NCBI GenBank assembly: GCA_000934665.2
Contig: KZ538616.1
Location: forward strand, 1 to 58,748
DNA: 58,748 nt
Origin: Catajapyx aquilonaris
Taxonomy: Eukaryota
Direction of reading: 5' to 3'
The translations under genes and the position numbers were made by a program. This document shows positions 13,451-25,554 of the stretch, one piece after another. The notes under the pieces were generated by a model that made no database searches, was not told the origin of the DNA, and worked only from the letters and a program-made list of their open reading frames with translations. The stretch's first letter is position 1. Each line of letters begins with the position of its first letter.

Positions 13451-13594
13451 TTTAAGAAATCGAGGAAGAGAAGTGGCCGATGGCGATCGGAATCCGATAC
13501 ATTGATTGGTTGGCAGGCCAGCGTAAAAACAACAACCTTAAGTTATAACTCCCGACGAAACCGATCCTTCTGCCAATCAACCCGTAGCAATGTT

Positions 13595-13645
13595 CACTAG
13601 ATGGCAGCACCGTGGAATGGGCGCTGCGGTGCCTCCATCTATCAG
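13595..13645. promoter_or_regulatory. Inverted pair of CTCF-like motifs
   Basis: CACTAGATGGCAGCAC (+, 13595-13610) fits the CTCF core CCASYAGRKGGCRS apart from the first base. The minus strand at 13627-13645 reads CTGATAGATGGAGGCACCG, a weaker copy. Confidence 0.45.
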
Positions 13646-14991
13646 CGAAATGGTCGGTTTGGTAACCGGTACGTCTCTTCGCACAGTATTTTTGCGAGCA
13701 TCGACTTTGGTGAGCCTTCTCATCTCGTCTGTTGGAGGGGGAGGCAGGGAGGTGTGTGTGGAGGGAAGGAGAGAAAAGGTGGCCGTTCGCAGTCGGAGCA
13801 GCTCCGGGCGTCATCCAGCATCACGGCAACGACTGCGATTGCGGGAAGGGCCGGGTCCCCCTGAAATATGGGTCCGGGCCGGTGTGGCGCGCCCGCCCTT
13901 GCCTTCCATTTGTATTCCGGGGTCCTCGCCTTCGTTTTCTTTCCCGCACTCCATCCATTTGGAATCGGATGGTGGCGATGGTGCTGAGGGGCGAGCCGGA
14001 GGAGCCAACATGCCCGCCCAGCCCCACCCCACCCAACAGCCTTCGCCTCCGACTCCATCCGACGAGTGCACTTCCAGGGACAGACGTACCAACTCTGCTC
14101 CGGTGCAGCTTCCGGGGTGTCGAGCACCAGACCCCTGCCGATGGGGGAAGGGAAATTGAAACGGTTCAAGGGAGAGGAGGCAACTCTTCCTTTTTTTTCT
14201 TTATAAATGGGGGTTCGGCCGGTTGCTGCAAATTGCAGTTCTGGGGGGGGNGGGGGTGTATTCAATGGGATTTAAGGCGGGAAGGTTGAAAATTGCGTTA
14301 CGTATGGGTGACGGACGTATGATGCCGAGAGGGACAAGTAGCATTGGAAAAGGGTGCATGTCAAATGATTTATTTCTCATTAGAAATCATGGCATATATT
14401 ATTGCTTCGGAAAGTGCTTCACATGTCAGGTCAGGGAAGCAATATTCTGAACTAGTCGTAAGTAGTGTAGATGCACAATCCACTTAACTTTTAACTGAAT
14501 CAGTTTTATATGTAGCCTGAGTGCCCCTGAATTAGGGCAAGGTGGAGCACAAGAGAGGCACATAGGTTAGCGGACTCGCAGGATAAAAACTGTTGGTCAA
14601 CACGGAGGGCCTTTTTCTTCTCTGGAGGAAAGGATCGTGTGTGCCTATCTCGCAGGATGTGGGTTGGGATCATCGACATAACGCGGAAAATATTAACACT
14701 AGCTCAGAGGAGGTGACACGGAATTAACGATAAGGGAATGTGGCTGCTTTAATAAGACAAATCTTCTGGAAAGAACCACCTCTCTGTCATTGCCAGGGTT
14801 GTGCAAAGCCATTGAGGAGTCTAGATGAGTCACCCCAGTCAAGATATGTGCTAGGGGAAATATATTGTAGTAATTTATGTTTATGCACCCTCAGTATATG
14901 TCATAATGGTGCGGAATAATGGACAATTTGGTATAAACATTTTCTTTCAAAAGATGACAAAATGCCACACTTTTTATAGCCTGCATAATCA

Positions 14992-15080
14992 ATATTTGAT
15001 TTTGCCGCAATATTTACTGTGCGTATAGTCACATATATACAGACATGTGACTACGTAAATATTGCGGAAAAATCAAATAT
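14992..15080. repeat. 89-bp inverted repeat / hairpin (probable MITE remnant)
   Basis: ATATTTGATTTTGCCGCAATATTTAC pairs with GTAAATATTGCGGAAAAATCAAATAT (one mismatch). The inner stem is TAGTCACAT/ATGTGACTA. Confidence 0.8.
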
Positions 15081-18000
15081 GAGAGTGCGCATTACCTGGT
15101 GAACGTTGCTTATTTCCAATGGGAAAAATGAGGAGTTCTTGAGGATCTCTAATTTTGTTTATTGTGTTGAATTCGGCTATTCCGTATTCATAACTGAGAT
15201 AATTGCACATCATACTACACTCGAACATTCGGTAGCGATCCTCCTGCGTATTCGCACAGGTGTAACAGTTACACCCCACACTTTCCGACCCATCTCAAAT
15301 CTTGTAAGTTACCACAATTTAATACGAAAACAAAGCGACACTGTTTGCTCACAACTTCACCCAACTTCACCTCTGAATGGTTGAAACTCTTTTCCCTCCC
15401 CCTCCCCCCTTCCCACCTTCTAGGGTTTTTTTTCCCTTAGAAGTCTCGAATCGTTTCTCCTGGGGATGTGCGGTACAATCAGAGCTTCGGTCCGAGATTG
15501 GGCCCTTCTTTTCCCAGACTCGTCCTCCCACCATTTTTTTTTTCTTTCTTCTTCTTTTCTCCCAGCTTTTCCTATAGTTGGGGGGTAGGGATGGTGGTGA
15601 AGAGGAGGGTTTTCTCTTCGGGAGGGTTGGTAAGTGTGTCGGCGCGGCAGTTTCCCCCCGCCGCGGCGTCCCAAGCAAGCCATTTGAATGCATGCTCTCT
15701 GTCAGTCAAGGCGACATTACTGGAACACAGGCGCCCATCCATTGACATAAAACTGTCAGCCCGAAAGATCTGACAGCTGCGGGGATCCGACCCACGTAAT
15801 TAAAGGGATTTATTGTCCCCCGCTTCGAATATTTTCCGAATAGGTTCATTTGGGGAACTTTCGGATGGTGCTATCCAACCGGGACTATACCCATGCACTC
15901 TTTTTGTGTTGCTCTTCCTTTTTCGCACTTACGAGGGGAGGCCTCTACTTTTTTTTTCAACAGAACACGTTGCCTTGGGGTGAGTTGGGGACGGCCAATT
16001 TTAGGGATGGATTTCGACACGGAAAGAGCTGAAACTGGACACAACAGACGTTGGTGGCCTAAGGCTGGAAGAAGTTGGTAATATTAGAGGCTCAAAAGAG
16101 GCCTGCTGATGCTCGTTTTAAAATCTTGGGTGGTAGGTAATATGATTTGTTCATTAGGACGCTGATGTTGCAGGAGTGCAGTGGGGCAGTGTTTCTTTTT
16201 CATCCCAGGGAATGCATTGTGTCATCAAGCTGCTAATTGCATAGGTACTCGCAAAAAAAATTCTGCAGAAAAAAAGCACAGTGGTATAGCTCTATATTGC
16301 TGAAATGACATGGTTCTATTTCCGACCAAACTTGTTTTCAGGACGTCCCAGCCTAAGAGCAAAAACTCACGCGCGACATTTTTATTTTTATTTGGGAGCG
16401 GATATGATAGTACGTACACATGAGCGAGCATACACAGCCTGCAGATTTGTGAGTATGGTTCCAAGCTCGATAAATTCGACGATGCATCCTCAGAATATTG
16501 GAGCGTTGATATACAGCTGGATCATGCCCGGAGAGTTGGGGAACTCCAGTACGTGCAACTTTTAGCAGGGAGGACCAGAATGTAATTGACCATTTCGTAT
16601 CAAAGCAGATGACAACACAATGCTAGAATTATCTGCATAATTAAGAATTTACATCTGCCTGCTGATTGATCATTCATCACTTGATTTTTAATTTAATTTA
16701 GCATACAGGACAGTCGGTCTTAATTTCTAAATCGTATCGACCATTCTGTAATTGTTGCGTTCCGGCCCCAGTTTATATTGTTATCTGTTCCGTGCCTAAG
16801 CATATGTTCAGCTGATATGCTCACATGAGCAGAGTGTCTGCAAAGGGACAAGGAATGTCAACACATTTGTGTCACCCCCTACCCGGTCTAAATGGGCGTG
16901 TATCCCTCCCTACTTGGCGAGGCATTAGATTTGTCGGTGGAGCAAAGTAACGGTCTGGTGTTCATCTTAAGGTTTGGAGGGGGGAGGAAGAGGAGGGGTG
17001 GGTAGGAAGAGGAGGAGGAGAGAGAGAAGAATCGTTAGACAAGGAGAGCACGTATAACCACCTTTTCAAGTAAGGCCCAGGCCGAGGTAAGGGTATAGTA
17101 GAAGTGGGAGGGGGGTGAGATGGGAGGGAGAAGGAGGGGGTGTGAGGGGAGGTGGGAGGGGGGGGGCAAGAAAATGCAAGCGGAGTTTGGAAGCGGGGAA
17201 GTGCTATAGCAATGGAGCTAGAATTTGCATAGAAATGGTCCACGGGCTGATGGAGCCGTGTCACTGGCGGCCATGAATCAGTAGCAAATGGCTAAAAACT
17301 TGACATTTTATGGGAGATAAGTAGCATCGGAGAAGATAGCAGCAGCAACATCGCCAATCGATGCTTTCCAGACACTCGACGAAAAGACTCGAGTGTTCCA
17401 GCTTCCACCCCCTGCCTAGGACTATAGGACCTTGGGTCCATGCCGTTTTCCGGTCCCAGCATCATCGGCTAACAAACAGGGCCTATGGCGCAACAATCAG
17501 CTGGATGGTCAGGTGCAGGAGGACCGCGCTCGAAGGAGGGCAAATGCGATCAAAATACAGGGATTTTTTTGTACTACGATGCTGCTGTGGCGGAAAGGGC
17601 TTCTACTCTGCTATTAACAGTGAATTTGTAATATGTGTAGGCGCATTAAAATTTCCTACATGTTTAGGTTTTTTAAAAATCGAGGTCATTTCATTGTTCG
17701 TAAGAATCAACATGGATTTTTACGCTGAAAACTTGGTAGGCCTAAGTTTTATGTCAATTGCAAACATTCTGTCAGTATTTGTGACACTAAACTCTACACT
17801 AAACGGGGGGGAAATGCACTAAATGCGTTTAATTACACATCATATGTGTAAGAATACACGTCAAATTCATTAAGAGTAGAGTCATACTCTAATTGTTTAT
17901 TCCAAACCATGGTTATTACAGGTGTTTTTTTGTACACTAAGGTCCTGTTACACCGTCTCCAAAAAAATGGCAAGCTGAAAAGAGCCAGATAAGTTGGTTA

Positions 18001-18375
18001 ATTACTGTTGAAAACATAGTTCACAACAATAAAAACATTCTAACTTTATTCAGTTGGAAATGTTTTCAAGGTAGCTGTGCATCTGGACCTTATTGTGTTT
18101 TTTACATACATACTTCCCCGTGTGTATTTTTGCACACTTTGTAATAGATTGTAGACCTATTACGTGCATACTTTTACCTCGCGTATAGTATTGCAAAATA
18201 GTGGCAAAATGTTTGCAACAAATGTGTTACTTTACATGCGTTTAAGTTACTATGTTTTAATTACATGCATCACACAACCGTTGCAGCATTACCCCAAAAT
18301 AGCTACGCATTTAAATAACCAAGAATAAAACGTTTTATCAGGAAGATTTGAAATACCGGCATTCAACAAAAGTTA

Positions 18376-18504
18376 GGGCCGGTTTCACCGAAATCGGTAT
18401 ATGATAAAACCAGGTTTTTTCCCCCGGAAAATCCATACAAATATGTAGGGATTTTCAGAAAGAAACCTGGTTTTATCATATACCGAGCTCGGTGAAACCG
18501 GCCC
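18376..18504. mobile_element. Palindromic MITE, PIF/Harbinger (Tourist)-like, 129 bp
   Basis: TTA|GGGCCGGTTTCACCGAAATCGGTATATGATAAAACCAGGTTT...AAACCTGGTTTTATCATATACCGAGCTCGGTGAAACCGGCCC|TAA, near-palindromic to its centre. The GGGCC terminus and TWA-like flanks suggest Harbinger, although the two 3-bp flanks are not identical. Confidence 0.85.
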
Positions 18505-21500
18505 TAAGCCATACTTACCTGTCTGGCCTACACAAAACCGGCAGTACTTTTCCACCCAACTATTTGCGGCATGTTCACGACCCGATCCCATCCCGTCAGA
18601 CAATAGGGTATCAATTTGTCCCATCCATAGTCTTAGGTCAATACCAAGCATAAAACCCGTCCTTAAAAAAATGGGGGGTGTTGTCGTCGCAAAAGTGCAA
18701 TGGGCACGAATGGAGCAGCACGCCAGAAGTGGCAAAAAGAGTTTGAGATAAGCACGCCCCGTGGCCGAGTTTTATTCGGTGTTAAGAGCGCGGAAAGAAG
18801 GGGCCTGACAATCATCCCGATTACGAGGAGCGTTTGCAGGCAGCCAGGAGCATTGAAAGCTCCCTTTTACAACCCGATTCCATTTTTACACCGCCACTCG
18901 CTCCAGCTGTAAAATGGCAGCAGATAGGGAATCAATGTTGTGGGAGGGTTAGAGTACGAATTCCCTTTGCCCCCACCGACACCCAAAAAACCTTCGGTTT
19001 TTTTTTCTCACCCCCTGTCCCCTGCCCTACCTTTTTTTTATTTAGTGACACTGTAGTGACACGAGTAGTGTCAAAGTATTAGGTGTAGGTTAATAGAAAT
19101 TATTTCTGTTTAAGATAATCATGAATGAATTTTGCTCCAATTGGGGCTATTGAATTTTCCGATTTTCTGTTGGTGTAATTAGTGATGAATTCTGTACAGT
19201 GTATCACTTAGTACTGTTCCATATGCTTATTCTATGCTTTTTTTTACATGCGTTTTGTTGGTGCCTAGTTGGTGTACATTTATTTTCAAGTCAGGCAGGC
19301 GCCGACACAACAACGTCCATTGATAATCTTTAGTGTGGTGCTCAACCGAAATTTACGCCTGGCACCATAGTGGTGCTTGATCGCAATTGATACGGCCATT
19401 AGTGTATTTTTAATACCGTTGTTGGTTTAAATCTAACTCCTGCTCCCCACCACCTTACGCTTGAGGTAATCACTGCATTATTGACAACTCCATTACATCC
19501 GCCTCTGAATGTGCTTTGCCCTTTTGCGACCTGTTCTGTGAACATACGCCTTTTTTCCGACTTAATTTCATTGTCCTTAAGATTACTTAGTAACAAAGTC
19601 GATACACAGTCCACGTGTAATATTGAACCCTCTGTATGCATATGCGTGTGTCGAATATATGTGGCATCCAGTATATGTGGTATTTTGAAGTGGCACCGGA
19701 AAACGAGCACCTTGCACTGCCATCAAAACACGAAAACAAAATTCCAGCTGAGTAATTAGCTTAAGAAGAAAAAAAAAATTAAGCTGACTCAGCAGGTGTC
19801 TGGGATTCTTCTCGTTTGGCGAATAGTTCCCAACCTCTCCACCCCCCACCCTTATATCAATTTCCACCCTGGGGCAAGGGGGCTGCTAATTTGTCAAATG
19901 GACCATTCGCTTTTAATGGAGGAATTTTTACTGCCCATACTCTGGCGGGTAAAAGTGACGGAGAGGTAAGAATGAGGCATCTCAGCGGGAGGGGAAGCAC
20001 GCTGCTGCTGGTGCCTTGAGGGACTCGGGCATTTACATTTGGCTTGTAATTACTGGTGGTTAGATACTGTTTAACTCTGTCATCGCCCCTCCCTTCGTAA
20101 CATTTCCTCAGACGATGCCTCTCCACCTTTCCAACTCATTTTAAGATGAGGACTCGTGGAGCCACTTTTGGGGAAGGAGACTTTTTGCATATTGCGTGGG
20201 TGACTCAATTTCTGGCGAATAAATGAGGATTTTTTGCGGACAGTTTGGCGATGTTTTATGGCAGAGCGGTTCAGGTGCTGGCTCACAGATGGCAGGACGG
20301 GAAAGGTATGAGGGCGATTGTTTTCCAATTCGTTAATTGTTATTGTGATTTTTTTTTAAACCATTCGTTTAACAATGACAAAGATGACTATCATTTGAAA
20401 CTTACACAATTTACGCTCAACTTGGCATAATGACAACTTGTCACACTGATTCAGCAAGTAGATCGGGATTTACGCGTCTGATTGACCAGAGTGGCAGCCT
20501 CAATTGGATGGTGTCATGCCAAAGTGGACTCGATTTTTGCACAATTTGAAGTGGAAGAGCTATTATGTTGTCAGTGTGGGTGATCTAACAGGTAGAAATA
20601 TTTCGGATGACTAGGCATCAGGAGAAGCAGTCTGGCTTGACCAGAACTAGCCAGGAGCTCTAATGCCAAGTGGACCAAGTCCGCTTCCAAAAATGATATC
20701 ATGACCGCACACAGTTCGTGACATCTGAAATGTACCACTTTATAATAGAGTAATAGTGATATATTTAACGGTAAATATTACTCGTGCCATTATAGTTTGC
20801 CAAAAAGCCCGAATAGGTAATACAGTACTCGTATATTACTTTTGAAAGTTGCCACACCAAAGTGAACTAACTGCATTTTAAGGCATGTACGTTACATTTT
20901 TGCTCATGATTTAATTATGTTTATATGTAGTCTGAATGTGATTACCTTATTAGTTGAATTAAACTGATCCTCAAAAGAGCCTCGTTTTACATATAAAATT
21001 AAATAAAGTTCATACTGTATGTGAAGCAGAATTTTTTATTACACCATGTAATAAAAATTGAATTTCACGATTATAAGGTGTTTTTTTTGTCGTTAGTTCA
21101 TTTTGGCGTATCACTCATCCAATTCACGATGATACCCGATCACATATAGTACGCTCTTAACGCTTCAAATGAGATAATTGACTCTCCTTCCTGACCTGCA
21201 GCCATGTTATGCTGCGCCGGGTAACCACAAGGTAAACATGTCCCTTCAATATGGCACATGACATCGGATGCGCTCTTATTCGAACGATTTTATGGAATCA
21301 TTGCGGTCATTTTGCGAGTGTTGCGGCGAGTTTAGACAACTGCAATTAATTGAAACTATTCAATGGAACTAATTTAGGCAGCTTATGGAGGCGATTATAC
21401 GGACAGGTCAATGTGTCGGTAAAAGATTGCCCATAAAGTGTATTTTATTAACCATCTGAGGGACTGTACAGTTTTCTTTTTAAATATTTTTTTCCAGCTT

Positions 21501-24500
21501 TACAGTCAGCCAGTTGTTGAATTAAAACACCCATATTACAGCACCCTTGCTACTACATAATTGTATGGTTTTTGTTGTTCCTCTCACACAAAGCAAATAT
21601 CCATCTTGCAGTCAGAATACTAATCTAAAATTTTGGGGGTTAACAGGTAAAACCTGTTTCATCTCCCTCAGAATGGGATGCCCTCCAGTGCGCATTGCGT
21701 GCTGCAAGTTGGGGGGAAAAAATCACTTTTAATGCTTGAAAAATAGGTGGACCTAGTGTATAATTTGATTCCGGCTCCCTTCCGACGAAATGGCGCGGCA
21801 GTTAGCAAGTTGTAATTATTCCGGAAACGTGCGGGAATTAACGTTTCGTGGCGAAATTATTATAATTTGGAGATTGGTCGGTGTGTGGTACTCATTGGAG
21901 TAATAATTACGTGCTGTGGGGTCGGAATTCCTTTTGCGTCTAGAAAACGGTTAATGGGATATGTGGTGTTTTTTAAACAAAAAAACTCTTTACTCCAACA
22001 TCAGCTTTTTTTGTACTCATACTACCATGTGTGTGTAAACGAAAAGGAAAGTAGTCGAGATGAAGCCATTATTAACTTCACTACAAAATGAGTAAGCCAT
22101 TAGCTTCATATGCAAAATTTGCACTAATTTGAGACTGGCATAAATTTAGCAAAAATTAACCATTTTTCTGGACAAAATATACGAGGATTGTGTGGATATC
22201 CATAATTTATACTATTTGAGGGAAGTGCATCTGAAGCCTTCCAATACATTATAGTGACAGTGCATGACAAATCCTTTGAAGGATTTTTGGACATTAACCT
22301 CCTTTTTTTGTAATGAATGGAATCCTGCAGATGAAAAGGAAGGAAAAAGTGCAGGACAGGGAAAGAGTTTCTGAGATTTAGTGTCGAACTTCTCTCTCGA
22401 TTCAAGTTTCATCGCCACGTTCCTCACGTCACGTTGAACGGCACCGAATGAAACATTCATCCCAGCCATCGCCACCCCCTCCCCCTTTTCCCTCCCTCAC
22501 CCCACCCCTCAACCAACTCCAATCGTAGATATTTATGGTCCAATTGGTCAGCACTAATTGAAGTCATTCCCAATGGCGGCAGGGTTGAATTTGTCACCGA
22601 CTGATCGATGTGGGAGAGATTTTTCACATGTTCCCTACTGACTTCCATTCCCATCATTTTAAACTGCGTTTCTTGATTAGTAACGGAGATAAACGGCAGT
22701 TACGTGAAAGATCCTAGCCACAACACTCCAGTCTTTCTCTCCAATCCGGGCCTAGTTCAAAAAACCGAGTTAATAATCACAATTGAAACAGCAAAGCCAA
22801 TCCAATGATCGCATTTACAATAACAGCACAGACCCTATGGGGGGGGGGGGGTTTATTCCCTTCCCTCCCTATACCCCCCCTTGACGCGATTATATTAGCG
22901 CACTAATTCATGCCCCAGTCTGGACTGGGTTGCAAAATATGACATCCGCTTGTCAGAAGAGTCAGCCCTAATTGGGCAATGGCGGCAACGCGGCCTATCG
23001 ATACTCTATAGCTTCCTATTCGTCCCTGGTCCCGATAAGCCCAGATTCATTCCAGCCTGATTACTCCGCACAACCTCTTGCAGTAAATAATAAGCAGGAA
23101 GCGACGGCCTCCCAAGCCAAAAGCTGGCTTTTTGGACAACTATGATTGCGTCAGTGGGCGGGTCAGAGGGCAACCAGTTCTTGGAATATACCAACGTTTG
23201 TATACATATTTTTTTTTCGGATATAACTTACTAGAATGAGATAGGTTTGGATTGTGCAGGGGCTTGAAATACCGCGGTAATTATCATATTAATGCGTGAT
23301 GTCTGTTATCTATCCGGTGAGGATGTATACGATGCTGGAAAGAATAACAGTAAGTTACGTGGTTTTTATTCTGGGCTGGACCGTATCACATGCTGGAAGT
23401 TCGGGGTTTATGTGCAGGTTATGCGTGTTAGGCTCGAGTTACGATTTTCTAGGTGACGCTAAGAAGGAGTTATGGCAAGCAAAATTTTTTGGAGGATAGT
23501 CTATACATATGACATCCGGTCAAAAATTTAGTAACACACTAGTCGATTTTTCATCAATTTGATATTCAGACGAGCGTTTATCCTCCCACCCACCAGAGGC
23601 GCTGCCTCCTCTCATTGCGCAGGCGCAGAACAGGGGCCAATCAGAAGCCTTACACAAACAGAGCAAGGATTTTAAAATTATAGACTACAGCGTAAATAAT
23701 TGAAGGCAATTTGGCTTTTGAAAACACCACAAAAAATTGCATAGGACAGGAAATTCCATGGGTTGTTGTTGTTGCGGTGGTGGTGGTAGCTGTTGTTAGA
23801 CATACCGGTATGCCAAAACTCCTGAAAATTAACCAATTTCAGGTCATTGTTTCAAAATTGTGACGTAGAACATTGTCTTGGCAGGCGGGGAATTTTCTGG
23901 TAGTAAAGTCGGTTGTAACTTATGGCATCTGAAGTCGTAAAGCTGTGACCTTACGGGAGGCGAAGAGCCGTCTGCTCTGGATTAAACTTACGCCGAGTGG
24001 GAAGTAGGGCCGAATTTTTAAGCCGGGGGCAGGGGTAAGGTGGTGGGGAGGAGCAAAGGAGGTAGGGCCGGAAAAGAAAATCAACTGCTCCTCAATATAT
24101 CTGAGGAGGGAGGGAGGAGTGGGGGAAGGAAGGGAAAAAAAGGAAGGGGGGTGTTTCTCGCAGCATATTCCCGCACCCTGGGCAAATAATAACACGTGGA
24201 GCCCTCTTTTTACGAGGCTTTAAATCCACGTCAGGCAAAGTACTAAAGTGTCGCTCTACCTCTTTCGCTCCGTGCGTTTGAACTTTGACAGCCGTTGGCA
24301 ACGCTGCGGCGTTTTGGCAAGGGGACGTAATGAAATGGGGAGGAGGACTAAGCCCGGGTAATCCGGGCCTTGGGTCGAGAGGGGCCATCCACTTGAGACA
24401 AGGGGCTTGGGGACCCTTGTCGATGGACGTCCCAAGCTGCCGACATGGGATGAGACGTCATTCATGCCGACGTATTACGACAGAAGGGGACGTCGCTCAA

Positions 24501-25540
24501 CATTCCACACGACAATCTCATGCTGGCCGATGCGGAGGAGGAAAAAAAAATAGCTGAGGGGACTCGAAACATTTGGATAGGGTGCGGTTATTTTTGCTGC
24601 CGATGTTTACTCCAAGGCTGTCCTGTGGGAAAGAGTAGGTTTTTGTTACGTTAGGATAGTTAGGATAGGTCGGGGTCTACTAGTTGGGGTGGAAGAATTG
24701 GGCTCTTCTAACGCGAACATGGCTGCTGCAAAAATATTTGTTCGGGAGTGTATGTTTAATACCCTCTTTTGATTTTGCCGACTGCACACAAGTATTTGTG
24801 GTTGTCACTCATCTGACAACACTTTCTTTTGGCGAGTAATGTCATCCAATCAGTTTTCAGTGTAAGCAATGTATATTAGATGAATTTATTTTACTCATAC
24901 AGACTGAAATAAGTATTCACAGTTGAAAGATTTGGTGCTGCGTCAAAAATGTACAAATATAAAAAAAATTACTCAAAATATTTAGAAAATACTAACGCAG
25001 CAAATATATGGGTCCATTTTTTGGATTAATATATACCTACCATAGCTGTATATCTATGTACAGCACACCCGTCTACGTCTACCATAACATAGGAAGACCA
25101 GAAGTGGTTTCTATACGAAAGACTATTTGCATACACAGTGATTTTCCTAATCAATTTGAAAGCCACACCACCCTCATATACGGTCCATCAAGGGGACAAG
25201 TTGGCTCAGAAGGGACAAGGAAGGTCCCCCTCTTAACTTACTGGAATAGTGTGACATACAGTGGCGCAGTGAAAGAGACTAATGAATCGTTGGACGTGGG
25301 TTGGGCCGGGACGACTTGCTAAGGTTCGGGATTTATGCCCTGGGCGGCCCGTCCTGCTGACGGACATGAGCAGGGTAGGAAAGGGATATCCATCAGGAGA
25401 ATCCAGCTATCTAGGCCTGGGCGTCGCTGCCAAACCACCCATGGAAAGGCGCCAGTGATCAGAGGCAAGTGTGGATGCCACCTCCGCGGGACTATTTAGG
25501 CCACACTGCACCTTATGCGGAGTGATATCCATACAGATTC

Positions 25541-25554
25541 AGCGCCATCTACCG
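25541..25554 (-). promoter_or_regulatory. CTCF-like motif
   Basis: AGCGCCATCTACCG reads CGGTAGATGGCGCT on the minus strand, matching the insect CTCF core TAGRTGGCGC. Confidence 0.4.

Noticed and set aside
13452..14289. Overlapping 180-190 aa ORFs on both strands
   Set aside because: Low-complexity Pro/Gly/Arg/Ser translations of a GC-rich island with no recognisable domain. Such ORFs are expected from stop-codon depletion.
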